Part shown: in pieces, positions 28,156 through 36,533 of the stretch
How the letters are laid out: the number at the start of each line of letters is the position of its first letter
Position numbering within the stretch: the stretch's first letter is position 1
NCBI GenBank assembly: GCA_035370405.1
Contig: DAOOVT010000002.1
Span: forward strand, 1-59,096
Reading direction: 5' to 3'
From: Candidatus Dojkabacteria bacterium
Lineage (GTDB): Bacteria > Patescibacteriota > Dojkabacteria > SC72
DNA: 59,096 nt
Made by a program: the position numbers and the translations under genes
Notes under the pieces: generated by a model
The model's input: only the letters and a program-made list of their open reading frames with translations
What the model was told of the DNA's origin: nothing
Database searches by the model: none

Positions 28156-28524
28156 TTACTTGGATAATTGCTTTTTTACCATTTCCCAATCATTTTTTAG
28201 TAGCATTCCAAGTTTTTCACCAGTCTTTTCTGTGACTTCTTGATTTGATCTTAAGTCTCGAACGACTTCAGAAACTAGTTCTTTGTATTTTGCTTCATCT
28301 ATTAGTTGTCCTGCTTGTTTGATATTCTCAATCTTTGCTTTTAGCTCCTTTTGTGCATTTAAATATACTTCCTCAGCTCTGTCTCCTAGATCTTCTGCAA
28401 GTTTCTTAATATCTTCTCGTGTCTGTTTCCCAGACTTTGGAGCCAACAGAATACCTGAGATTGCACCACCGATTGCTCCAAAAATTGCACCTTTGAGGAA
28501 CGATTTTTTAGCTTGTTCTGGCAT
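28156..28524 (-). CDS. YtxH domain-containing general-stress-type protein
   Basis: Gly-rich N-terminal helix (GAIFGAIGGAISGILLAPKSGKQTREDIKK) followed by a charged coiled region, the typical YtxH layout. Confidence 0.7.
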   Translation of the reverse strand: MPEQAKKSFLKGAIFGAIGGAISGILLAPKSGKQTREDIKKLAEDLGDRAEEVYLNAQKELKAKIENIKQAGQLIDEAKYKELVSEVVRDLRSNQEVTEKTGEKLGMLLKNDWEMVKKQLSK

Positions 28525-28552
28525 AGTTTATATAAATTAAAAATTAAATATA

Positions 28553-28855
28553 CTAAAATTTGAACGTCTTAAGTATAAGGTAAAATATTATCAAAAAGAA
28601 TGCAGGAATCAAGAAGGCAAGTATTAGCGTACTTAGGGAATATTCTTTTTCCTGTGTTGGAGTTTGATTTTCTTGATCTGTGTTTTGTTCCTCCGCTACT
28701 TGAGTATTTTCGTCAGTATCTGTAGAGTCCTGTACAACAGGAGCTGAAAGTTCTTGAGTTTCTGTTGTATCTGTAGGCTGTTCTTCCTGTGCAAATGCAC
28801 TTATGGGTGAAATGAGGAGTAGTAATGTTGCGAAAATTTGTATAACATTTTTCAT
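28553..28855 (-). CDS. Small secreted/anchored acidic protein, function unknown
   Basis: Signal peptide (LLLLISPISAFA), a Thr/Glu/Gln/Asp-rich low-complexity middle, and a C-terminal TM helix. Confidence 0.5.
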   Translation of the reverse strand: MKNVIQIFATLLLLISPISAFAQEEQPTDTTETQELSAPVVQDSTDTDENTQVAEEQNTDQENQTPTQEKEYSLSTLILAFLIPAFFLIIFYLILKTFKF

Positions 28856-28880
28856 TAAGCATATGTTACCATATATTCAC

Positions 28881-29510
28881 ATGATATATCCAGATATTGA
28901 GTTAGAAAAAAAATTATGGAATTCTGGCAAGAGGGTAGTGGTGGGTCTAGATGAAGTAGGAAGAGGTCCTCTTGCTGGTCCTGTTGTTGCTGGTGCATTG
29001 GTTATATCTGGAGAAGAGTGTGTTGTTGAAGGTGTAAGAGATAGTAAGAAAATGAGTTTAAAACAGAGAGAGCGTAGTTATGATTTGATTGTTGAGAAAT
29101 CAACAGCGTACGGAATAGGCGTTGTTAGTTCTGATGAAATAGATAGGATTGGGATTAAGTATGCTGTTTTGGCGGCAATGAGGGAGGCAGTTAGTCAGGT
29201 GGAGAGTAAGTTAGGGAGTACAGTAGATTATATAATAGCCGATGGTGGTATTTATCCATTGAGAGATCATGATATGGATATTTTGAATAAAGGTGATATG
29301 TATCATTACAGTATTGCTGGTGCTTCTGTACTTGCTAAGGTGACTAGAGATAGGATGATGGCGAGTTATGCAACTATTTATCCAATGTATGGATTTGAAA
29401 GAAATGTTGGTTATGGAACTAAAGAGCATATTGAGGCTATACAGAAGTTCGGTATTTGTGAAATACATAGAAAAACTTTCGAACCAATAAAAAGTATGTT
29501 AAGGGATTAA
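28881..29510 (+). CDS. rnhB: Ribonuclease HII
   Basis: Catalytic DEVGRGPLAGPVV motif about 20 aa after the ATG at 28881 (alternative 28863), plus a later ADG...D motif. Confidence 0.9.
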   Translation: MIYPDIELEKKLWNSGKRVVVGLDEVGRGPLAGPVVAGALVISGEECVVEGVRDSKKMSLKQRERSYDLIVEKSTAYGIGVVSSDEIDRIGIKYAVLAAMREAVSQVESKLGSTVDYIIADGGIYPLRDHDMDILNKGDMYHYSIAGASVLAKVTRDRMMASYATIYPMYGFERNVGYGTKEHIEAIQKFGICEIHRKTFEPIKSMLRD

Positions 29511-29592
29511 TATAATTTGAATATTTATGCAACCTTGTACATGGGGTTGTATTGTCATCATTTTTAATAGTATAATCCTCTGTCATTTGTGT

Positions 29593-29665
29593 GGGGCGCT
29601 AGCTCATCCGGTAGAGCAACTGCCTTTTAAGCAGTAGGTGTCGAGTTCGAGTCTCGAGCGCCTCA
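29593..29665 (+). tRNA. tRNA-Lys (anticodon TTT)
   Basis: GGGGCGC-TA-GCTCATCCGGTAGAGC-A-ACTGC-CTTTTAA-GCAGT-AGGTG-TCGAG-TTCGAGT-CTCGA-GCGCCTC-A. TATAAT at 29571-29576 lies upstream. Confidence 0.9.
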
Positions 29666-29667
29666 TT

Positions 29668-31119
29668 TTAATGTATTTCCTTTAGAGTAAGTCTTCCTAT
29701 ACTTTTTTCTATGCCATAGGCTAGATTAAGGATTGTTTGTTCATCAAATCTTCTCCCTATAAATTGGATCCCTGTGGGCATAGAATCAGATAATCCAGAT
29801 GGTACCGTTATTCCTGGAAGACCTGCTTCTGAACTTCCCTCTGCTAGGATATCAGCAATTTCTCCAAATAGAGGATTTTGTGCATCTTCATCGGATAATG
29901 CTGTAGAAGGAGTAGTTGGTGCAACTATGGCATCATATTTGTTTAATACATCGTCTAAATTCTCTTTAATCATCTGTCTTACCTGTTCAGATTTTCTGAA
30001 GTATTCATCAGCATATCCTGAGGAAAGTGAAAATGTTCCTGTCATAATTCTTCTTTTAGGTTCTTTTCCAAAACCTTCCCCCCTTGTACTTTCATAATAT
30101 TCTTTTATTGTTTTGTTGTTACTTCCTTCTATACCAAACCTAGTCCCATCGTATCTTGCCAAATTAGATGAAACCTCACTTCTACAGGTGACTGTATATA
30201 CTGCCATAGAGTATTTAGGATCAAGAATATTTATTTCGTCAATTTTTACATTTAGATCTTTTAATATTTCTATACATTTTAGGAAGTTTTTTCTTACACC
30301 ATCTGATAGGTTTAAATTCAGATATTCAATTGGTAAGGCAATGTGCATATCTTTTAAATGTTCTGTTGTTAGATTTTTTGAATAACTAGGAATTTTCTTG
30401 TCAGAGGATGTCATGTCATTGCTATCTAAACCAGCAATTATTTCGAGAATGTACGCAGAGTCTTGTACAGATTTTGTCAGTGTCCCAGGGCAATCTAATG
30501 ATGAACCCATTGCAAGAACGCCATACCTAGAAACTCTTCCATAGGTCGGCTTTAAGCCTACCAAACCACACCAAGATGATGGCAACCTTATGGATCCAGC
30601 GGTTTCTGTTCCTACTGATGCAGCACATAGATCGGCACTGAGAGCAGAAGCAGATCCGCCACTAGAACCTCCGGGTAACTTCTTTGTATTCCATGGATTT
30701 CTAGATGGACCGTAGTATGATGTTGCAGTACCAGATCCGTGACAAAATTCATCTAAATTTGTTTTTCCCAAGATAATGGCTTCTTCATCTAAGAGTTTTT
30801 GTACTACTGTTGCATTGTAAACAGGAATATACCCATCAAGAATGTGTGATGCACATGTAGTGAGTATATCCTTCGTTGAAAATACATCTTTTATGGAAAT
30901 GGGTATCCCAGATAGTTTTTTGTCTTTGTATTTTTCAAAATTATTGTCAAAATGTTTTGCTTTTTTCAAAGCATCTTCTCTGCAAACAGTAATGTATGAG
31001 TTTAGTTTAGTATCATATGTGTCAATTCTTTTGAGATAGTAGTTGACTAATTCATATGCAGATATGCTTTTGTCTAATATTTTTTCTCTAAGTTGAGTTA
31101 ATGTGAGGTTTTCTTCCAT
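29668..31119 (-). CDS. gatA: Glu-tRNA(Gln)/Asp-tRNA(Asn) amidotransferase subunit A
   Basis: Amidase signature (GGSSGGSASALSADLCAASVGTETAGSIRLPS) over the full GatA length. Confidence 0.94.
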   Translation of the reverse strand: MEENLTLTQLREKILDKSISAYELVNYYLKRIDTYDTKLNSYITVCREDALKKAKHFDNNFEKYKDKKLSGIPISIKDVFSTKDILTTCASHILDGYIPVYNATVVQKLLDEEAIILGKTNLDEFCHGSGTATSYYGPSRNPWNTKKLPGGSSGGSASALSADLCAASVGTETAGSIRLPSSWCGLVGLKPTYGRVSRYGVLAMGSSLDCPGTLTKSVQDSAYILEIIAGLDSNDMTSSDKKIPSYSKNLTTEHLKDMHIALPIEYLNLNLSDGVRKNFLKCIEILKDLNVKIDEINILDPKYSMAVYTVTCRSEVSSNLARYDGTRFGIEGSNNKTIKEYYESTRGEGFGKEPKRRIMTGTFSLSSGYADEYFRKSEQVRQMIKENLDDVLNKYDAIVAPTTPSTALSDEDAQNPLFGEIADILAEGSSEAGLPGITVPSGLSDSMPTGIQFIGRRFDEQTILNLAYGIEKSIGRLTLKEIH

Positions 31120-31155
31120 GTTTCTAAAAAATGTAATATTTCAATGTTGATTCTA

Positions 31156-31725
31156 TCAGAATCCAAAATAAATGGAAATTGATATAGCTAATGTTATGAG
31201 AGTCCCAGCAATTACCTGTGTAGGAGTATGTTTGTTCAATTTTATCCTAGACCAAGCAATTAAGGGTGTGAATATGAATAGAAGTAAAGAGTAGGGCGAT
31301 CTGAGAACATAGTATATGGTTGTAAAAAGAAGTGTTGAGAATGTCATATGTCCACTGATTTTCCAGAATAGAGTTATTAATGTTAGCGTCGCTGTAGAAG
31401 CAAAGAGTGCTAGTGAAGCATTTGTAAGTATTTCAATGTTTTCTTTTTGTATAAATATATACATAATTCCAAAAAGTATTGTGAGTGAAATAAAGAAAGG
31501 CGGTCTTTCTTTTCTGTCTGTCAAATCATGATCGGATATTTTGAAATGTTTTTTTACAGTGAAGTAGGACACTAAAGGTATTAGTGCATAAATAGTAGAG
31601 AAGATGATTTTAGAACGTAAGGTTAGGTCTGACATAATGATTGGAATTACTACTGCCAAAATCATTGTTACAAAACCGTTGAATGTCTCAGATATTATTT
31701 TTGCAATTTTGTTGGATTTAATCAT
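31156..31725 (-). CDS. PAP2 superfamily membrane phosphatase
   Basis: Six-helix membrane protein with PAP2-like motifs: KERPP (C1), SGH (C2) and SRIKLNKHTPTQ (C3, terminal Asp not conserved). Confidence 0.6.
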   Translation of the reverse strand: MIKSNKIAKIISETFNGFVTMILAVVIPIIMSDLTLRSKIIFSTIYALIPLVSYFTVKKHFKISDHDLTDRKERPPFFISLTILFGIMYIFIQKENIEILTNASLALFASTATLTLITLFWKISGHMTFSTLLFTTIYYVLRSPYSLLLFIFTPLIAWSRIKLNKHTPTQVIAGTLITLAISISIYFGF

Positions 31726-31744
31726 ATGTGCATTGTATCAGATT

Positions 31745-32155
31745 CTAATCTCCAAGTAACTGTCTTTTTACTTCATTTTCATCATTTTTTGTTAGTATTG
31801 ATATATCCTTTGGAATGTCAGCAGTAAGGCTATCTTTCTTGTTGAGTATTTTTAATATTTCCTCTGCGTTGTCATCTCCTGCAATTCTATTTATTGATAT
31901 TTTGCCACATTTTTCGCATTTGTGTACTATCATAATCTCCCCCTGCTTCTTTTTCCCATATTTATCAAGTCCTTCATTTTTGAATGTTAGTGCTATTGGT
32001 TTCATTATCCCATGGCAATTTGATTTCCTATCACCTGCTCTTGTGTCATCTAAATGCAGAGAGTGAAGGCAATATGGGCAGTGATTTCTATGTTTAGTTC
32101 CTATATTCTTCTCTTCTGGGAATTTTTTTGTGCAATTAATACAGTAGGTCATCAT
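31745..32155 (-). CDS. RNHCP domain-containing zinc-binding protein
   Basis: Literal RNHCP motif (KHRNHCPYCLHSLH), an N-terminal CINC and a second CEKCGK pair. The start overlaps the upstream stop (TAATG). Confidence 0.75.
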   Translation of the reverse strand: MMTYCINCTKKFPEEKNIGTKHRNHCPYCLHSLHLDDTRAGDRKSNCHGIMKPIALTFKNEGLDKYGKKKQGEIMIVHKCEKCGKISINRIAGDDNAEEILKILNKKDSLTADIPKDISILTKNDENEVKRQLLGD

Positions 32156-33234
32156 TAAAGAAGGATTTTTCCATTTTCAACTAATTGGTCTGTTAGTTGT
32201 TTTAGTATTGTGGGATGTGTTTCTATGACGAAGCCTAATTTATTACTGGGTAAGCCCCAAGTTGTATTGTTTTTTTCTTTTCGTTGGACAAGGTCTACTG
32301 TGGTCATTGCAGGTTTGTCAGTAAAAGGAGAAGAATGGTCCATTTTGCCATAGTAATTGGTTCCTGAAAGTTCAATGAGGCCAATATCTTTTGGAGAATT
32401 TGTAAGTATGTTATCAATAAATTGTATGCGTCGATTTTCGGATTCTTCCCAGAATTGTTGTTTCTGGTCTTCATTCATCTGAGCTAATATTGCTGGATTT
32501 TCAAAGAATGGTGCTATTGCTCTAATATCCAATGAGAGGAGGAGTGGCAAATTTTCTCTAGATAGAATATTTTTTAAGTCTTCATACGCATTTATGTTGC
32601 TCATTAAATCTGGGAGGTCTTTGCTTGGCTTTATTTCAATAGCACTGTAAAAAGATTTTCCTTTCACACTATTTTTTATATCTTTTAGAATTCTAACAGT
32701 AGAAGGTATATCTATGAGTGCTTGTGCAGAGTCAAGTCTCAGGAGTCCAAACTGCTTTTTTGAAATCATTGTTTCTAGAAGTGAATTAGTTTCAATTTGC
32801 CCTTTTTTCTCATTAGTATGCATAAGAAACTCTCCTGCAATATCGGTTACTGTTTTTACAAATTCATTTGGAGATAAACCATTTTTTTTGATTCTTTCTG
32901 AGTATGCCTGTGTAATTTCTTTTAACCCTGTATATACCGGATAATCAACACTCTGAATTGGAATATTTGATTTTTGAATTGTTTCAACATCAAATGCTCT
33001 TGCCGCTACTACTGACATTCCATTTATGATTTCGGAAGACATGCTTTCTCTAATATTGCTTAATGTGTGCTCTGTAAGTGGTTTGGGGTAGACTGTAGAA
33101 ACAATGAGTTCCTCTTTATCTTTTAGTGTTTCTGTGGGAACTGCAGACATCATATCTATACTGATATCTCTTCTATTTTCTTGTGGTGGATAACCTGAAA
33201 TATTTCCTGCTGATAATTGATTTTCACTTTCCAT
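32155..33234 (-). CDS. Hypothetical soluble protein (359 aa), no recognisable domain
   Basis: Long uninterrupted ORF with coding-like composition, packed between the helD-like and RNHCP genes. It has no TM segment or signal peptide and no motif I can name. Confidence 0.6.
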   Translation of the reverse strand: MESENQLSAGNISGYPPQENRRDISIDMMSAVPTETLKDKEELIVSTVYPKPLTEHTLSNIRESMSSEIINGMSVVAARAFDVETIQKSNIPIQSVDYPVYTGLKEITQAYSERIKKNGLSPNEFVKTVTDIAGEFLMHTNEKKGQIETNSLLETMISKKQFGLLRLDSAQALIDIPSTVRILKDIKNSVKGKSFYSAIEIKPSKDLPDLMSNINAYEDLKNILSRENLPLLLSLDIRAIAPFFENPAILAQMNEDQKQQFWEESENRRIQFIDNILTNSPKDIGLIELSGTNYYGKMDHSSPFTDKPAMTTVDLVQRKEKNNTTWGLPSNKLGFVIETHPTILKQLTDQLVENGKILL

Positions 33235-33253
33235 GTTTCAATTATATCATTTA

Positions 33254-35458
33254 TTAATTTAAAATTTTCTCAAGAATTGTGCTTTTGTGTGTTGTTGTTA
33301 TATATAGCTTATGTAATGCTCGTGTCGTAGCAACATACAATTTTTTTATATCTATTTCCTTTGTTGAATAGTATTCATCGTAAAGATCTGCAATTACTAC
33401 TGTGTCAAATTCAAGCCCTTTTGAGTTTGATATTGGGAGGATATGCAATCCTGGTTGATAGTTGCTTTCAGAATAATCAAAAACCTCTTTTCCTATTTCC
33501 TTCTCATATTTTTTTAGTTTGAAGAATAACTGGTCTGCATGAGTGCGGTCTTTACATAGCACAGCACAAGTTACAGAGCCATTTTCAAATTGGTTTTTTA
33601 ATATTGATATTAATTTGTAAATTTCATTGGTTGGTATTTTTGAAATTGAGTCAGAGAAGTTAATAATTTCTACTTTTTCACCATGTCTAAGCACTGCTTC
33701 TGGCAATTCATATGAGTCATCGAGGAAGGATTTCATAATCTTATTGGCAAATTGGACTATTTCGATTGTTGTTCTATAGCATTTATTAAGATTATAGTAT
33801 TTTGCCTTTTTCTTAGTGTATTTTTCTACTAGTGCTAAGATATTTTTCCAATTTTTTATGTAGAAAGGAGGAATTATTGATTGAGCTGGGTCTCCTGCTA
33901 TCGTTATATTTCCATCTCTTGCTATTAGGCACAATGTGGCTATTTGTACAAAACTCATATCTTGTGCTTCATCTATGACAATATAATCCCTCATATATTG
34001 TTTTGTGCCATAGATTTTAAGATGTAGGTATACTATTGGTGCTAAATCTTCTATTCTGTATGTATGAATTTTTCCATTTGTACTAAGACCTTTTAATGAA
34101 TATGAGTTAATGTCTTTTAAAAGTAGCCCAGTTGTAAAGAGTTTTTTGTAAAGTGAATAGATTTTTAATGATTTTCTAAAATATTGTATTAATGTGCTTT
34201 TCACCTCAGTCAAATTTTGATAATTTTTGCTAGACAGAGATGTTTTTAATTCTTCCTGATGTATAGCATACTCCATCGCTAATTCTAGACGCTCACTCAT
34301 ATCAATATTGCTGAACTGATTTTTTAGTTCATAATACCGATTTATTATGATTTCTTTATGCGTGTAAGGAATATTTTCTAAGATATTTTGTTCTGTTGTG
34401 TCAATATATTGATCAAGTATTTTTAGGAAATCAATGGAGCCCTTAAATTCTTTTATTTCTGGATTTTCTTCATTTGTCGAAACAGTGTAGTAATCATTCC
34501 ATCCTAGAACCTTTTTGGCCCAAAAGAGGTATGTTATGCTGTCAATTTTTGATATTCCTAAGTTGGGGAGAACATCTGAAATGTAATCTATGAACAGCTG
34601 ATTTGGTGCTATGACTAATGTGTTTTCATTTGAAATTTTGTCTTTGTAGGTGTAAAGCAAATAGGCTAATCTATGAAGAAGTATAGTTGTTTTCCCACTT
34701 CCTGCAACACCTTGTACAATTATTGGGTTATTTATTTGATCCCTTATGATTTGATTTTGTTGTGATTGAATTGTTGATACGATATCCTGAAGCTTTTTTC
34801 CCAACCTTTCATTTAATTGGGCAAGAAGGAATTCATCGGCTGTTTCATTTCCTGATTTCGCATCATATATTCCTTTGATCCTAGCTAAAGAGATTTGGAA
34901 TTGCCTTTTTTGAAGTAAATTGCCTTTTTTTTCTCCGATGGGTGCAAGAAAAGATACATTTTGACGAGGTCCAGAATTTTGGTAGTATAAATTGGCAATT
35001 GGGGATCGCCAGTCAATTATTAGAGGAAGATTAGTTTTTTCATCAATTTTGGCGGATTTTCCTATATACAAAGTAAGTGGTTTTCCCGTGGTAGAGTCAT
35101 AAGAAAGGAAAGAAATCTTACCAAAGTAAGGAGAGTCGAGAACATTTAATTCCTCATTTATTCTGTCGACAACTCTTTCAATTTGATTGAGAATTTTGTT
35201 GTAAATTGATTTCGCTGCGAGAATTGAGTCTTGTCCTGATTCTGCTTTTATAATCATTGCTTGATTTTCTAAGTCTATTTCCAGTGAATGTAGTTTTTGA
35301 AGGAGAAATGCTAGTTTCGAGGAGGTTATTTGGGTGGTATGCTCAAGATATGGGTACTCTTCTTGAAGGATATTTGTATCTTTCTTAACATTAGAAAAGT
35401 CCACGATGGAATCCAAGTCTTTATATATGGGATTAAGGTATTTTGCGAATGTCTGCAT
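33254..35458 (-). CDS. UvrD/Rep superfamily-1 helicase, HelD-like (helicase IV-type)
   Basis: Walker A VQGVAGSGKTT, DEAQ box VIDEAQDM, C-terminal SF1 motifs (GLEFDTVVI, YVATTRA), and a ~220-aa non-helicase N-terminal region containing SPYFGKISF. The likely ATG is at 35458 (MQTFAKYL). Confidence 0.8.
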   Translation of the reverse strand: MQTFAKYLNPIYKDLDSIVDFSNVKKDTNILQEEYPYLEHTTQITSSKLAFLLQKLHSLEIDLENQAMIIKAESGQDSILAAKSIYNKILNQIERVVDRINEELNVLDSPYFGKISFLSYDSTTGKPLTLYIGKSAKIDEKTNLPLIIDWRSPIANLYYQNSGPRQNVSFLAPIGEKKGNLLQKRQFQISLARIKGIYDAKSGNETADEFLLAQLNERLGKKLQDIVSTIQSQQNQIIRDQINNPIIVQGVAGSGKTTILLHRLAYLLYTYKDKISNENTLVIAPNQLFIDYISDVLPNLGISKIDSITYLFWAKKVLGWNDYYTVSTNEENPEIKEFKGSIDFLKILDQYIDTTEQNILENIPYTHKEIIINRYYELKNQFSNIDMSERLELAMEYAIHQEELKTSLSSKNYQNLTEVKSTLIQYFRKSLKIYSLYKKLFTTGLLLKDINSYSLKGLSTNGKIHTYRIEDLAPIVYLHLKIYGTKQYMRDYIVIDEAQDMSFVQIATLCLIARDGNITIAGDPAQSIIPPFYIKNWKNILALVEKYTKKKAKYYNLNKCYRTTIEIVQFANKIMKSFLDDSYELPEAVLRHGEKVEIINFSDSISKIPTNEIYKLISILKNQFENGSVTCAVLCKDRTHADQLFFKLKKYEKEIGKEVFDYSESNYQPGLHILPISNSKGLEFDTVVIADLYDEYYSTKEIDIKKLYVATTRALHKLYITTTHKSTILEKILN

Positions 35459-35525
35459 GATGATATGAAAAGAATTAGCCAACAGTCTACAACAAACACA
35501 CAAATTTCGCAAATAAACAGTACAA

Positions 35526-35545
35526 GGTTCAACCTGGGTAGAACC
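35526..35545. promoter_or_regulatory. Paired 9-mer site 1: GGTTCAACC-TG-GGTAGAACC
   Basis: Read directly from the sequence. One of three paired GGTnnAACC sites in the helD-like/dedA intergenic region. Confidence 0.6.
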
Positions 35546-35660
35546 TCATACTGCTAGATGTTGGTGTACTAGCATTTCGCTATCAAAAATATGTTTATTC
35601 AATTTCAGTAGTCTTACTGATTTCTTTGCTCTTTCAATACTTTCGGAGAGTTTCTGGTAT

Positions 35661-35684
35661 AAGGTTGAACCTAGGTTCAACCTT
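35661..35684. promoter_or_regulatory. Paired 9-mer site 2: perfect 24-nt palindrome AAGGTTGAACC-TA-GGTTCAACCTT
   Basis: Read directly from the sequence. It is the central site of the array. Confidence 0.6.
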
Positions 35685-35814
35685 AATTCGAATTTAGTGG
35701 GATATACTGGCTACTTTTCGCAAGCGAAGGCTCTATTGAAGTGAATTATAAAATGAGGTATTTAGTTGAAAAAGGTGTGCTAATATAATTAAAATGGGAG
35801 AATACTGAGAGTTA

Positions 35815-35834
35815 GGTTCAACCCAGGTAGAACC
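35815..35834. promoter_or_regulatory. Paired 9-mer site 3: GGTTCAACC-CA-GGTAGAACC
   Basis: Read directly from the sequence. Identical to site 1 except for the 2-nt spacer. Confidence 0.6.
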
Positions 35835-35912
35835 ATGCAGGTGAGGCTTGAGCTATTTTGTCTTTTCTGTCAGAATGTCATAGGATTAAATTGACTTGGG
35901 TTGCATTTAGTT

Positions 35913-36533
35913 ATGATTTCTTCGCTTGTAGAGTGGCTTGTATCGATAATTGAAAGTGTGGGTTATGTAGGTGTTTCGCTTGCTATGTTTATTGAAAGCT
36001 TTTTCGCCCCTATCCCTAGTGAAATTATTCTTCCCTTTTCTGGTTTTGTCGCATCAAAAGGAAGTCTTGACGTTTACCTTGTAATCATTTTTGCCACAAT
36101 TTTTGCCTATTTGGGCTCTCTTCCTTTTTATGTGATAGGGTACTATGGCGAAAAAGCGGTTCATAATTTTTTAGAAAAATACGGAAAATACCTATTCATT
36201 ACCAAGGAGGATTTACAAAAAGGTTATGATGCTTTTGCCAGGCATGGTAATATCTTTGTGCTGATTGGTAGAGTTGTCCCAATTGTACGAACATTTATTT
36301 CATTCCCAGCTGGGGCCGCGAAAATGAACTTTCTGCAATTCTCTCTATACACATTATTGGGAACCGCAGTTTGGTCAACATTTCTGGTATTTGCAGGTTT
36401 CCTTCTTGGGGAGAAATGGGAAATCGTATCAGTATATGTAAATAAATATGAAAATGCTATTTTAGTCTTAATTGTACTATGTGTAAGTGCCTACATTATA
36501 GCTAAAGTGAAAAAAAACAGGAAAGTAAATTAA
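35913..36533 (+). CDS. dedA: DedA family (SNARE-associated/VTT domain) membrane protein
   Basis: DedA motifs (FIESFFAPIPSEIILPFSGF, GRVVPIVRTFISFPAG). The ATG is at 35913; the track ORF starts at a TTG at 35901. Confidence 0.88.
   Translation: MISSLVEWLVSIIESVGYVGVSLAMFIESFFAPIPSEIILPFSGFVASKGSLDVYLVIIFATIFAYLGSLPFYVIGYYGEKAVHNFLEKYGKYLFITKEDLQKGYDAFARHGNIFVLIGRVVPIVRTFISFPAGAAKMNFLQFSLYTLLGTAVWSTFLVFAGFLLGEKWEIVSVYVNKYENAILVLIVLCVSAYIIAKVKKNRKVN

Noticed and set aside
35459-35912. Whether the long intergenic region is a known structured RNA (RNase P RNA, tmRNA, SRP/4.5S RNA, 6S RNA or a known riboswitch).
   Set aside because: I could not find hallmark sequences of these RNAs. There is no tRNA-like tmRNA end, no SRP domain IV GGAA/AGCA pattern and no RNase P conserved GAGGAAAGTCC-type block. 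A novel RNA is not excluded and is kept as a finding.
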